A stretch of DNA of 64,000 nucleotides from assembly GCA_040882255.1 (NCBI GenBank), contig JBBEBP010000017.1:22870-86869 (forward strand), written 5' to 3'. Positions 9,501-22,756 of the stretch are shown piece by piece. The translations under genes were made by a program, and so were the position numbers. The notes below the pieces were generated by a model. It did no database searches. It saw nothing but the letters and a program-made list of their open reading frames with translations, and was not told the DNA's origin. The DNA is from Pseudohongiellaceae bacterium (GTDB taxonomy: Bacteria; Pseudomonadota; Gammaproteobacteria; Pseudomonadales; Pseudohongiellaceae). Each line of letters starts with the position of its first letter. Position 1 is the stretch's first letter.

Positions 9501-10046
9501 TCAGAGTACCGGCTCGACGTGTACCCTGACCCGGATCCGTTCGCCCGGATCGCGGTCGGTTCTCACCGAGTACTCACGGCCCTCATAACGATACCGCACG
9601 TCGTAGCCCACCAGCCGCTCCTCGTGAACGTACTCATCCACTGTCTCGCAGTGACGCACTGTCCGATAGCGGGGGCGGTCGGAACGGCTGTTGGCGGACA
9701 CTATATCACGACCGACAGAGTGCCCCAACACAGCCCCGACGACCGCCCCCACGCGCCTGCTGGATTTGTTCGTGCCCACGGCATTGCCAATGGCACCCCC
9801 CACCACGGCGCTGACCAGTGCCGGGGTATCACTGCCGTTTCCACGGCCATTAGCCGCTGTCCGCACGCGCTCGTTCCAGCATTGCTCGCGGGGCTGACTG
9901 ACACTCACCTGACGGTATACCGGGCGGGATTCAATGACTCGCGCGTACTCATGGGACGCCTCACCGTACCGATCATTGCCGGCCATGGCCGGCGCGGCCA
10001 TGCAGGCCAGGCTGATCCATACCAGGGATAACAGTTGCTTTTTCAT
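9501..10046 (-). CDS. Glycine-zipper (17 kDa surface antigen-like) outer-membrane lipoprotein
   Basis: Signal peptide MKKQLLSLVWISLACMAAPAMA. Glycine zipper VVGGAIGNAVG...VGAVVGAVLGHSVG. The ORF is open to 10079, but Met at 10046 starts the signal peptide. Confidence 0.7.
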   Translation of the reverse strand: MKKQLLSLVWISLACMAAPAMAGNDRYGEASHEYARVIESRPVYRQVSVSQPREQCWNERVRTAANGRGNGSDTPALVSAVVGGAIGNAVGTNKSSRRVGAVVGAVLGHSVGRDIVSANSRSDRPRYRTVRHCETVDEYVHEERLVGYDVRYRYEGREYSVRTDRDPGERIRVRVHVEPVL

Positions 10047-10126
10047 GACGGATTCTCCTGTCTGTTCCAAACCGTTCATCTGCTGGCAACAATGATTGCC
10101 CGCATCCGCAACGTAGCAGTCGTTGG

Positions 10127-10143
10127 CTGAACCGGACCTGAAG
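10127..10143 (-). promoter_or_regulatory. Candidate PhoP box (direct hexamer repeat, 5-nt spacer)
   Basis: Minus strand reads CTTCAG-GTCCG-GTTCAG, versus the GTTCAG-N5-GTTCAG box reported upstream of P. aeruginosa oprH-phoPQ. It lies 81-97 nt upstream of the first gene of the 4-gene phoPQ operon. A TACGTT -10-like hexamer follows 11 nt downstream. Confidence 0.4.
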
Positions 10144-10283
10144 GAACGCGCCGGAGACGGGAGTAACGCGGTCTATTGAACCGGAGCCCATAACCGGTAA
10201 AATCGTTGACATCAGACTGCCATCCGCGAACTGACAGTTTGTTGACAATAACCACAATAATCAAGCAAAAACAGAGAGTTATC

Positions 10284-10715
10284 ATGTTCATCAGACAGCT
10301 TTTTTCCGCCGCCATTGCCACCGCTGCCGCTGCCATTCCGCTGTACCTGCTCACTCAACCGGACACAACGATCTCCCGAATCACCTTTCCAGCCCTCCTC
10401 GGCATCACCTTCATCGCCACCCTGATTGCTTCGGCGCTTGTCCTGTACCGGCCTTCCGGCCGACTCCGAAAGAAGCCCCGTCGCCCGCACCGCAAGGCAG
10501 CCGCCGGCGGGACACGTGAGGGCGGCCAGGTGAAGTGGTTCAACACGGCCAAGGGCTATGGATTCATTACCCGGGACAGCGGTGATGACGTCTTCGTCCA
10601 TTTTCGGGGCATCCGTGGCAGTGGCCATCGCAGCCTGAAGGAAGGGCAGCGGGTGGAATTCAGTGTCAGCCGCGCGGAGAAAGGCCTGCAGGCAGATGAC
10701 GTCACCGACGCCTGA
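10284..10715 (+). CDS. Membrane-anchored cold-shock-domain protein (two N-terminal TM segments plus C-terminal CSD)
   Basis: C-terminus [30 protein letters not shown] carries RNP1 KGYGFI and RNP2 VFVHF. The N-terminus [23 protein letters not shown]...[19 protein letters not shown] is hydrophobic and is followed by a basic linker. The ORF is open to 10206. Confidence 0.75.
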   Translation: MFIRQLFSAAIATAAAAIPLYLLTQPDTTISRITFPALLGITFIATLIASALVLYRPSGRLRKKPRRPHRKAAAGGTREGGQVKWFNTAKGYGFITRDSGDDVFVHFRGIRGSGHRSLKEGQRVEFSVSRAEKGLQADDVTDA

Positions 10716-10821
10716 ACGGACGACACTTTTTACGGCTGCACATTCATGCAATAATTGTTCGCACATACGTGTCACTATCCTGTCCATCGATTCGTCGACA
10801 TCACTCTGGAGCCGACCCGCC

Positions 10822-11982
10822 TTGTCTACCGCAACGTCCACAGCAAAGCCACCCGTCAACTGGACCAACACACTGTTGTTCAGTATCACCGGCCTGCTGG
10901 CCGTGACCCTCGTGCCATGGTACGGGTTCACCTACGGATACAGTCTCTGGGACTGGACCCTGTTTGTTCTGCTGATGGGATACTGCGGTCTGTCCATCAC
11001 CGCCGGCTATCATCGTCTTTGGTCGCACAAGGCCTACAAGGCGCATCCGGTGCTTCGCGTGCTGTTCGCGCTGGGTGGTGCCTGCGCCCTGCAGAACGAC
11101 GTGTTGTCCTGGGCATCGGATCATCGCCGCCATCACGCATTCGTCGACAACAATGACCGGGACCCCTACTCCGCCGGTCGCGGCCTGTGGTATTCACACA
11201 TCGGCTGGATGCTGCGCTATTACGAAAGCGGCAGGAACGATTATTCGAATATCAAGGATCTGCGGCGCGATCCGATTCTGCAGTGGCAGAGTCGCCACTA
11301 TCTGACCCTGGTGCTGGTGATGAACATCGCTGTACCCGCATTGCTGGGCTATCTGGGCGGCAGCCTCATCGGCGGTTTGCTGCTGGGCGGGCTGCTGCGC
11401 CTGGTACTCAGTCAGCATGTTACCTGGCTGATCAACTCGCTCGCCCACGCCTGGGGCCTGCAGACCTACAGCACCCGCAGCTCTGCACGCGATAACCCGG
11501 TCATCGCCCTGCTGACCTACGGAGAGGGGTACCACAACTTTCACCACACCTTCCAGTGGGACTACCGCAATGGCGTCCGCTGGTGGCACTACGATCCGAC
11601 CAAGTGGCTGATCCGCACCTGTAGCTGGCTGGGTCTGACCCGGGAATTGAAGCGTGTGTCCCCGTTGGTGATCGAGACCACACGACTGGAAATGCAATAC
11701 CGCCAGGCTGCCGAGCGGTGCGCCAATTTCGCCAATGCGGACAAATGGCGTGAACGCCTTGAACAGGAATACGAGCAGTTGAAGCAGACACTGCAATTGT
11801 GGGCCCGTCACCGCCAGGAATGGTATGAGGCCCGAGCGGGCGAGCTGCACGAGCAATGGGAACACCTGCACCTGCGCGACCGCTACCGCGAGGCCCGTTA
11901 CCGGCTGAAACTGCAACGCCAACGCTGGCGTGAACTGCTGGAGAGCTTCTCCAACACCCCGGCAGTCGTCGCCGGTACCTGA
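10822..11982 (+). CDS. Acyl-CoA/acyl-lipid delta-9 fatty acid desaturase with coiled-coil C-terminal extension
   Basis: Three His boxes: HRLWSH, HRRHH and HNFHH. The ORF is open from 10663 and would overlap the CSD gene. TTG at 10822, preceded by GGAG, is my best-guess start. The start is uncertain. Confidence 0.8.
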   Translation: MSTATSTAKPPVNWTNTLLFSITGLLAVTLVPWYGFTYGYSLWDWTLFVLLMGYCGLSITAGYHRLWSHKAYKAHPVLRVLFALGGACALQNDVLSWASDHRRHHAFVDNNDRDPYSAGRGLWYSHIGWMLRYYESGRNDYSNIKDLRRDPILQWQSRHYLTLVLVMNIAVPALLGYLGGSLIGGLLLGGLLRLVLSQHVTWLINSLAHAWGLQTYSTRSSARDNPVIALLTYGEGYHNFHHTFQWDYRNGVRWWHYDPTKWLIRTCSWLGLTRELKRVSPLVIETTRLEMQYRQAAERCANFANADKWRERLEQEYEQLKQTLQLWARHRQEWYEARAGELHEQWEHLHLRDRYREARYRLKLQRQRWRELLESFSNTPAVVAGT

Positions 11983-12010
11983 ACAATGCCGTCATGACGG
12001 AGACCTGAAT

Positions 12011-12520
12011 ATGGACCTGTTTCGCCAGACACTGCCATGGCTAGCCCTCTGGCTGATCAGCCTGCCAGTGACCGCTCTGGAGGAAGGTGAACCCGCCCCG
12101 GATTTCACCTTGCCAGCACTGGCGGCGGCAAGCGGTGACAGCGACGAAATCACCCTGTCAGATTTGAGAGGGAAAGTAGTGTACGTGGATTTCTGGGCTT
12201 CATGGTGCCTGCCATGCATCCGTTCACTGCCCGAGATCAGTACGCTGTACGAGCAATACCGGGACCAGGGCTTCGAGGTTATCGCCATCACCATCGACAA
12301 CCCGCTGGAGGACGCCACGGAGTTCCTGGAAGACCTCGACACTCCCCTGGACTACCGGGTCGCCGCCGATGCGGACGCTGATGTCATGGACCTCTACGGT
12401 GTACGTGGCATGCCCACCTCGTTCCTGGTGGACCGGCACGGCATGATCCGGATGATTCACGAAGGATACCGGGACGGAGATCTGCAACAGATAGAGAACG
12501 AACTGACACCACTACTCTGA
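12011..12520 (+). CDS. TlpA/ResA-like periplasmic thiol:disulfide oxidoreductase (redoxin)
   Basis: Signal peptide MDLFRQTLPWLALWLISLPVTA. Thioredoxin-type active site FWASWCLPC. Confidence 0.8.
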   Translation: MDLFRQTLPWLALWLISLPVTALEEGEPAPDFTLPALAAASGDSDEITLSDLRGKVVYVDFWASWCLPCIRSLPEISTLYEQYRDQGFEVIAITIDNPLEDATEFLEDLDTPLDYRVAADADADVMDLYGVRGMPTSFLVDRHGMIRMIHEGYRDGDLQQIENELTPLL

Positions 12521-12569
12521 ACTCCCCCGGATTTCACCCCATGTACTGACACACGCAAGGAGCTGACAC

Positions 12570-13856
12570 TTGAACAGCACACAGGCACAGGAACGTCTCG
12601 ACACCCTCCGCGACCATTACCGGGAGATCCAGTCCCGAAATCTGGACCTGGACCTGACCCGGGGCAAACCCTCCACCGAACAACTGGCGCTCAGCGATGC
12701 CCTGGACGGCATTCTGGGTGGCAGCTACCGGGATCGTGACGGCACCGATTGCCGCAACTATGGTGGCGCGATGGGTATCCCGGAGGCGCGCGAATTCGCA
12801 GCGGCCTACCTTGATACCACCCCGGACCGGGTCATGGTGGGCGGAAACAGCTCACTGCAGCTGATGTACAGCTATGTGATGAATGCCCACTACCACGGCG
12901 TACGCGGACCGGAAACGGCCTGGGTCCGGGAGGCCACGGCAGATCAGCCGATCCGCTTCCTGTGCCCTTCCCCGGGCTACGACCGCCATTTCAGCGTCTG
13001 TGAGGCGCTGGGCATCGAAATGGTACCCGTCGCCCTCACCGGTCAGGGCCCCGACATGGATGAAGTGGAGCAGCTGGTCAAATCCGATCCGCAGATCAAG
13101 GGCATCTGGTGTGTGCCGAAGTACTCCAACCCGACCGGCGAAGTCTATTCCGACGAAGTCGTGGCGCGCATGGCGGAACTGGGCAATATCGCCGGGCCGA
13201 ACTTCCGCATCCTCTGGGACAATGCCTATGCCGCCCACCACCTGACCGACAATCCGCCGGCACTTGCCAACCTGCTCAACCTGAGCGAGAAAGCCGGAAC
13301 GCTGGACAATGCCGTGGTGATCGGCTCGACATCCAAGATCACTTTTGCCGGCGCCGGCATTTCCTTTCTGGCCAGCTCACCGGAGAACCTGAAGCGTTTT
13401 GCGTCACAGATGACCATTTCCACCATCGGCCCCGACAAGGTCAATCAGCTGCGCCATGTCCGCTTCCTCAAGGATATGCCCACGCTGGAAAAATTGATGC
13501 AGGCTCATCGCCGCATCCTGGAGCCGAAGTTCGATGCCGTGATCGAGGAACTGGAAAACGGATTGGAAGGCAAGCAGGCCGGGGGGCAACCGCTGGGCCG
13601 TTGGAGCCGGCCGCAGGGCGGCTATTTCGTCTTGTTCGACACACAGCCGGGGCTGGCTGACCGGGTCATCCGCCTGACCGCCGAAGCAGGCGTCAAGCTC
13701 ACACCAGCCGGTGCCACCTGGCCCTATGGCAAGGATCCGGAGAACAGCAACATCCGCCTCGCCCCCTCATTCCCCGGCCCGGAAGAAATCCGCGAGGCCA
13801 TGAAAGTCTTTGTACTGTGCGTGGAGCTGGCCACCCTGGAAAACACGGCCGGCTGA
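12570..13856 (+). CDS. PLP-dependent aminotransferase (class I/II fold)
   Basis: 428 aa. LDLTRGKPSTEQL near the N-terminus and GSTSKITFAGAGISF (a Lys for PLP) are typical of this fold. TTG start as given in the track. Confidence 0.7.
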   Translation: MNSTQAQERLDTLRDHYREIQSRNLDLDLTRGKPSTEQLALSDALDGILGGSYRDRDGTDCRNYGGAMGIPEAREFAAAYLDTTPDRVMVGGNSSLQLMYSYVMNAHYHGVRGPETAWVREATADQPIRFLCPSPGYDRHFSVCEALGIEMVPVALTGQGPDMDEVEQLVKSDPQIKGIWCVPKYSNPTGEVYSDEVVARMAELGNIAGPNFRILWDNAYAAHHLTDNPPALANLLNLSEKAGTLDNAVVIGSTSKITFAGAGISFLASSPENLKRFASQMTISTIGPDKVNQLRHVRFLKDMPTLEKLMQAHRRILEPKFDAVIEELENGLEGKQAGGQPLGRWSRPQGGYFVLFDTQPGLADRVIRLTAEAGVKLTPAGATWPYGKDPENSNIRLAPSFPGPEEIREAMKVFVLCVELATLENTAG

Positions 13857-13892
13857 TCCGGCCCGGCCCCGGGAGCCTCCGGACCGGACTCC

Positions 13893-14225
13893 CTACGACG
13901 GTTCCTGCGGCCGTCCGCCGGTGATCGACACCGGAAACGGTGTGATATTGTCTCCACTGGACACTTTCGCTGCCCCTGCCCGGGTCACCTCATCAATACG
14001 GATGATGGCCTGCAGGGGCACGAAGCTGCGTTTCACGCCGTTGAACTCCGTCTTGAGTTTCTCCTCTCCCGGATCAACCACAACCTGGCTGCGCTCATCG
14101 AACAGGTAGTCCTCGATCTCGATGAATCCGTACAGGTCGCTCTGGTAGACCTGACGGGCAAACACTTCGTACACCTGTCCCTTATTGAGAAAGGTGACGC
14201 GGTAAATCGGAGTCTTGTCAGACAT
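13893..14225 (-). CDS. DUF1820-family small protein
   Basis: MSDKTPIYRVTFLNKGQVYEVFARQVYQSDLYGFIEIEDYLF resembles the DUF1820 pattern from memory. The upstream part of the 202-aa track ORF is Arg/Ala-rich and probably non-coding. Confidence 0.6.
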   Translation of the reverse strand: MSDKTPIYRVTFLNKGQVYEVFARQVYQSDLYGFIEIEDYLFDERSQVVVDPGEEKLKTEFNGVKRSFVPLQAIIRIDEVTRAGAAKVSSGDNITPFPVSITGGRPQEPS

Positions 14226-14326
14226 CTGTGCACCATCTACTTGTGGATACACGGTATTGTACTCCATCCGGCCGGACCTCGCTGCACGATGCTCCCCGGG
14301 AGGGCATCTCACCCGCCTGCATGACG

Positions 14327-14335
14327 TGTTATAAT
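14327..14335 (+). promoter_or_regulatory. Candidate extended -10 promoter (TGtTATAAT) for miaB
   Basis: TGTTATAAT at 14327-14335, 54 nt upstream of the miaB ATG. No good -35 hexamer. Confidence 0.4.
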
Positions 14336-14388
14336 GCACAGTTTTCCGCAACACCGACCAAGCAACCAACGCCACGCGAGCCCGAACA

Positions 14389-15810
14389 ATGACCAGCCGT
14401 GATCCAGCCGTCCAGACCGTCGACCCGGCCGCCGCCACAACGGCGCGCCCCGGCAACCTGATCACCAGCGATGCCCGCCATGCAGGAAGCGCCGCGCGCA
14501 AGATCTACATCAAGACGCACGGCTGCCAGATGAATGAGTATGACTCGGCGCGCATGGCCGATCTGCTGCGCGACACCTGGGATGCCACCGTAGTGAACTC
14601 ACCGGATGAAGCGGACATCCTGCTGCTCAACACCTGCTCGATCCGGGAGAAAGCCCAGGAGAAGGTCTTCCACCAGCTGGGCCGCTGGCGTTCGCTCAAG
14701 GAAGCCCGACCCGGCGTGCAGATTGCCGTGGGCGGCTGCGTGGCCAGCCAGGAAGGAGCCGCCATCAGCCAGCGTGCACCCTATGTGGATGTGGTGTTCG
14801 GTCCGCAGACCCTGCACAAGCTGCCGGAACTGTTAAGCCGCCCGGCGGGCCGGGGCGCTGCCGTCGACATCAGCTTTCCCGAAATCGAGAAATTCGACCG
14901 CCTGCCCGAGCCCGAGGCCAGCGGAGCCCAGGCCTTCCTGAGCATCATGGAAGGCTGCAGCAAGTACTGCTCGTTCTGCGTGGTGCCCTACACCCGGGGC
15001 GAGGAAGTCAGCCGCCCGTTGGACGATGTGCTGGCCGAGGCCATGCACCTGGCCGGCCAGGGTGTACGGGAGATCAACCTGCTGGGACAGAACGTCAACG
15101 CCTATCGAGGCCCCAGCCATGAGGGTGAGGTCACCGACCTGGCCACCCTGATCACCTATATCGCGGCCATCGACGGCATCGACCGCATTCGGTTCACGAC
15201 GTCCCACCCGATGGAATTCTCGGACAGCCTGATCGAGGTCTATCGCCACGTGCCGGAGCTGGTCAGCCACCTGCACCTGCCCGTGCAGCACGGCTCGGAT
15301 CGCATCCTGCAGGCCATGAAGCGCGGTCACACCGCCGACGCCTATCGCGACATTATCCGGCGTCTGCGCGAGATCCGGCCCGATATCAGCCTGTCCTCCG
15401 ATTTCATCGTCGGTTTCCCCGGCGAGACACAGGAGGACTTCGAGGACACCATGCAACTGATCAGGGACATCGGCTTCGACCACTCGTTCAGCTTCGTCTA
15501 CAGCCCGCGCCCCGGCACACCGGCGGCGGAACTACCCGACGAGACAGCAGAAGCGGAGAAGAAGCACCGCCTCGCCATCCTGCAGGCGCAGATCCGCGAG
15601 CAGGCCGACACCATCAGCCAGTCCATGGTCGGCAGCACACAGCGGATACTGGTCACAGGTCGCGCCAAGCGGGGGGAAGAACAATTACAAGGCCGCACGG
15701 AAAACAACCGCGTGGTGAACTTTCACAGCATTGATCCCGGTCTGGTGGGGGAGTTTGTCGATGTGACCATCACGGAAGCATTTCCGAACTCGCTGGCTGG
15801 CAGGCTCTGA
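14389..15810 (+). CDS. miaB: tRNA-2-methylthio-N6-dimethylallyladenosine synthase MiaB
   Basis: [16 protein letters not shown] at the N-terminal cluster, radical-SAM motif [15 protein letters not shown], and a C-terminal TRAM domain. Canonical miaB-ybeZ-ybeY-corC neighbourhood. Confidence 0.93.
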   Translation: MTSRDPAVQTVDPAAATTARPGNLITSDARHAGSAARKIYIKTHGCQMNEYDSARMADLLRDTWDATVVNSPDEADILLLNTCSIREKAQEKVFHQLGRWRSLKEARPGVQIAVGGCVASQEGAAISQRAPYVDVVFGPQTLHKLPELLSRPAGRGAAVDISFPEIEKFDRLPEPEASGAQAFLSIMEGCSKYCSFCVVPYTRGEEVSRPLDDVLAEAMHLAGQGVREINLLGQNVNAYRGPSHEGEVTDLATLITYIAAIDGIDRIRFTTSHPMEFSDSLIEVYRHVPELVSHLHLPVQHGSDRILQAMKRGHTADAYRDIIRRLREIRPDISLSSDFIVGFPGETQEDFEDTMQLIRDIGFDHSFSFVYSPRPGTPAAELPDETAEAEKKHRLAILQAQIREQADTISQSMVGSTQRILVTGRAKRGEEQLQGRTENNRVVNFHSIDPGLVGEFVDVTITEAFPNSLAGRL

Positions 15811-15869
15811 GCGCTTGCACTATACTCGAATACACACCGATCAATCAGGGAGGCAACCACGCCCGCTGC

Positions 15870-16898
15870 ATGGCTACTGACAATCATACCGAACAATTGC
15901 TTCTCGAGCCCGAGAACACCCATCGCCTGGCCAATCTCTGTGGCCATCTCAATGAACACATCCAGCAGATCGAACAGTCGCTGGCGTTGAAGATACGCCA
16001 CCGCGGCAATCGCTTCCAACTGTCGGGTACGCCGGCGGCGGTGGCGGATGGCGCACGCATTCTCAACGACCTGTATCAGGCCACCAGTGGCGCGACACTG
16101 AGCCCGGACAGCGTTCACCTCGCACTGCGTGAGAACGAGCCGGCACCGCCGGCCACCGGCAACCCGGACGACGAGGCTCCGGGCAGCCTGATCCGAACGC
16201 CGCGCAGCTCCATCAAACCCCGTGGCCGACACCAACGCGAGTACGTCAGCGCCATTCGCCAGCAGGACATCAATTTCGGTATTGGACCGGCCGGAACCGG
16301 CAAGACCTATCTGGCCGTGGCCTGCGCCGTGGAAGCGCTGATGCAGGATCGCGTCAGGCGAGTGCTACTGGTTCGACCCGCCGTGGAAGCCGGAGAGAAA
16401 CTCGGCTTTCTGCCCGGCGATCTGGCCCAGAAGATCGACCCTTACCTGCGGCCGCTCTATGATGCGCTGTACGAGATGCTGGGCTTCGAGAAAGTCGGTC
16501 GACTGATCGAGAAGAATGTCATCGAAGTGGCGCCACTGGCCTATATGCGTGGCCGCACACTGAACGGCTCTTTCATCATTCTGGATGAAAGCCAGAACAC
16601 CACCATGGCACAGATGAAGATGTTCCTGACACGGATCGGCTTCGGCTCCAGGGCCGTGATCACCGGGGACGTGACCCAGATCGACCTGCCCAGAGGCACC
16701 CGCTCCGGGCTGGTGCATGTCCTGAAGGTGCTGGAAGGCATGCAGGACATCGGGTTCACCCATTTCAACTCGCGTGACGTGGTACGCCATTCCCTGGTCC
16801 AGCGGATCGTGGAAGCCTACGACCGGTACGACCAGGACACCACTATCAAACCCCTCGGCCAGCAGGATGCCCTGCATCGCCATGAACGTGACCGTTGA
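15870..16898 (+). CDS. ybeZ: PhoH-family ATPase YbeZ
   Basis: Walker A GPAGTGKTYLAV plus synteny with ybeY. Confidence 0.9.
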   Translation: MATDNHTEQLLLEPENTHRLANLCGHLNEHIQQIEQSLALKIRHRGNRFQLSGTPAAVADGARILNDLYQATSGATLSPDSVHLALRENEPAPPATGNPDDEAPGSLIRTPRSSIKPRGRHQREYVSAIRQQDINFGIGPAGTGKTYLAVACAVEALMQDRVRRVLLVRPAVEAGEKLGFLPGDLAQKIDPYLRPLYDALYEMLGFEKVGRLIEKNVIEVAPLAYMRGRTLNGSFIILDESQNTTMAQMKMFLTRIGFGSRAVITGDVTQIDLPRGTRSGLVHVLKVLEGMQDIGFTHFNSRDVVRHSLVQRIVEAYDRYDQDTTIKPLGQQDALHRHERDR

Positions 16899-17423
16899 GC
16901 TGACTGATGCGGCGTCCGAACCGGCGCCCGTCAACCTTCCCCGCCTGCGCGAGTGGGTCAGTTACGCACTGGAGCGGTACAGCCACCACAACCCCCCTGT
17001 TGGCGGGACACCGGACCGCGAGGTGCTAGTCTCGATTTGTCTGGTCAGTGAAGCCGAATCCGCCCGATTGAACGACAGCTATCGCGCTAAAAACCGGCCC
17101 ACAAATGTGTTATCTTTCGCGACCCGGTTGCCCGACGAGGTCCAGTCGGCCATGCCGGCATTCCTGCTCGGCGACCTGGCTATCTGCACCGCCGTGGTCA
17201 ATCGCGAGGCGGCAGCGCAGGGCAAACAGCCGGAAGCCCATTGGGCCCACATGACAGTACACGGCACACTCCACCTCTGCGGGCTGGATCACGAGACTGC
17301 GGAGGAAGCGGCCCGGATGGAAGGCATGGAGATTGACGTGTTAACGACCCTGGGTTATCCCGACCCGTACACCGTGCCGGACCCGGCCACTACCGAATGT
17401 GATGAACGGAGCCATACCCGATC

Positions 17424-17427
<4 letters not shown>
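16882..17427 (+). CDS. ybeY: rRNA maturation endoribonuclease YbeY
   Basis: Zinc motif HGTLHLCGLDH. Start taken at MNVTVEL (16882), overlapping the ybeZ end. The ORF is open to 16774. Confidence 0.9.
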
Positions 17428-20821
<3,394 letters not shown>

Positions 20822-20831
20822 GGAGGCCCGG

Positions 20832-21341
20832 ATGCCGGCCGGATCCATCAGAACCACCCTGCTCTGTCTGCTGCTTGCCGCACTTGTCGGCTGCGGCTTC
20901 ACACTGCGTGGCGCTGGTGGCCCCATGGCACTGAACAGCGTATCACTGGAAGCCGGGCGCCCGGATGGGGTTGTCAGGACCCTGCGCCAGCAGTTAACTG
21001 CACTGGGTGTGAATACGCAGCCCGACCGCGATGACAGCTACACGCTGACCCTGGACAACGAGCAACGCGAAGCAAGACGCACCACACAGAATACCGGCAC
21101 GCGGGGTGCCCAGTACGAATTGACGCTGTCCGTCGATGTCACACTCTCCCTGGGTGACAACGTCGTCGCCGGCCCGCGCAACCTGGAGGTACAGCGTGAT
21201 CAGGACGAGGACATCAGCAACCTGACCAGTTCCGGGGGTGAACGGGCCCTGTTGTATGCGGACATGGAGCGGGAGCTGGCTGATCAGATCGTGCAGCAGC
21301 TGCGCACCGTGCAGCCCGCCGCCGGAGGGATGCCGCAATGA
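20832..21341 (+). CDS. lptE: LPS assembly lipoprotein LptE
   Basis: AGGAGG 5 nt upstream of ATG 20832. Lipobox LLAALVGCG. Conserved position after leuS. Confidence 0.85.
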   Translation: MPAGSIRTTLLCLLLAALVGCGFTLRGAGGPMALNSVSLEAGRPDGVVRTLRQQLTALGVNTQPDRDDSYTLTLDNEQREARRTTQNTGTRGAQYELTLSVDVTLSLGDNVVAGPRNLEVQRDQDEDISNLTSSGGERALLYADMERELADQIVQQLRTVQPAAGGMPQ

Positions 21342-22414
21342 ATCTGCGCGCGGAACAGCTTGCCGGCCATCTGAAAGGCGGCGAACTCCAACCAATGTAC
21401 TGGGTGGCCGGAGACGAAACACTGCTTTGCCAGGAAGCCACCGATGCAATCCGCCAGGCGGCCCGCGAGCGGCAGTACGAGGAGCGCGAAGTCCACTTCG
21501 TGGACAACAGTTTCGACTGGCAGTCCGTGATCGATTCCGGCAACAGCCTGTCCCTGTTTGCCAGCCGCAAACTGATCGAGCTGCGCCTCCCGCAATTCCG
21601 CCTGGATGACCGGGGACGCCAGTTGCTGGCCGATTATCTGAAGTCCCCCAACCCGGATACCCTGCTGTTGCTTGACAGCCCCAGGCCGGAGCCGGCGGCA
21701 CTGAAGACCCGATGGTTCAAAAGCCTGGAAGAGGCCGGTGTATTCATCCAGATATGGCCCGTGGATGCCAGACAGCTACCTGGCTGGATCAATCAGCGAA
21801 TGAAACAGAAGGGGTTGTCGGCAACTCCGGAAGCCATTCAACTACTCTGTGACCGGGTGGAGGGCAATCTGCTGGCGGCGGCCCGCGAGATCGAAAAGCT
21901 CGCACTGCTCCAATCGGGCAATGACAAGGCAGAAACCATGGATGCACGCTTCATTGCCGGCATGGTGGCGGATAATGCACGTTACAACGTCTTCCAGATG
22001 ATCGATCACGCCCTGGCCGGCAATGCACGCAAGGCACTGCGCAGTCTGGGCCGCCTGCGCGCCGAAGGCAGCGAACCACTGATGTTGCTGGGCATGATCG
22101 CCCGGGAACTGCGCACACTGCTGCAGCTCTGCCGCCTGTGCGAATCAGGCATGAGTGCGGAGCGCGCCCTGCAACAGGAGCGCGTGTGGAAAAGCCGCCA
22201 GAAGCTGGTGAAACAGGCGCTGACGCACCTGGACAGTCGCAGGGTGGAACAACTACTGATGATGGCACGGCGCGCCGACCTGGCCGTCAAGGGGATGGAC
22301 AACCTGCCCGTGGATATGATCCTTGATGACCTGATGTTGGCCCTGGCGGGTCAGACACCCATCCGGCCCAATACCGCGATCAGTTCCCTGACCAGCCGCT
22401 CGGCGACAGGGTGA
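21338..22414 (+). CDS. holA: DNA polymerase III subunit delta
   Basis: ATGA overlap with lptE. 358 aa. N-terminus LQPMYWVAGDETLL is typical of HolA. Conserved synteny. Confidence 0.85.
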   Translation: MNLRAEQLAGHLKGGELQPMYWVAGDETLLCQEATDAIRQAARERQYEEREVHFVDNSFDWQSVIDSGNSLSLFASRKLIELRLPQFRLDDRGRQLLADYLKSPNPDTLLLLDSPRPEPAALKTRWFKSLEEAGVFIQIWPVDARQLPGWINQRMKQKGLSATPEAIQLLCDRVEGNLLAAAREIEKLALLQSGNDKAETMDARFIAGMVADNARYNVFQMIDHALAGNARKALRSLGRLRAEGSEPLMLLGMIARELRTLLQLCRLCESGMSAERALQQERVWKSRQKLVKQALTHLDSRRVEQLLMMARRADLAVKGMDNLPVDMILDDLMLALAGQTPIRPNTAISSLTSRSATG

Positions 22415-22611
22415 CGGGCGGCAAACTGTGCTTCGAGCGCAATGGCATCGTCCAGCACCGGACTGTTCTTCTGTTCGGTCGACCGTATGACTTCGTCTAT
22501 GTCCCGGTCAAGCTGCCGAACCGCTTCCAGCGTATCTTCATCCAGCTCATCGCTGCGCGACAGCTCCTGCTCCAGTTCATCCAGTAACTCGCGGATCTTC
22601 GTTTCGCTCAA
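22351..22611 (-). CDS. DUF4404-family small protein
   Basis: SETKIRELLDELEQELS...AARHPVAERLVRELIAVLGRMGV resembles DUF4404 from memory. TTG 22611 has GGGAG 7 nt upstream. The track ORF is open to 22686. The 3' end overlaps the holA 3' end by 64 nt. Confidence 0.6.
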   Translation of the reverse strand: MSETKIRELLDELEQELSRSDELDEDTLEAVRQLDRDIDEVIRSTEQKNSPVLDDAIALEAQFAARHPVAERLVRELIAVLGRMGV

Positions 22612-22756
22612 TGCACTACTCCCGTTTGTGGCGCAGAATCCGGTATTCTCCCCGAAAGTGTATCCCGGGAGCACCAGCGCTGCCAAGCATCACTCCTGAC
22701 AGGCCGGGTGGCAGCCCGGCCACGGAGATCCCGGGGCCAGGGCATACGATGCAGCC

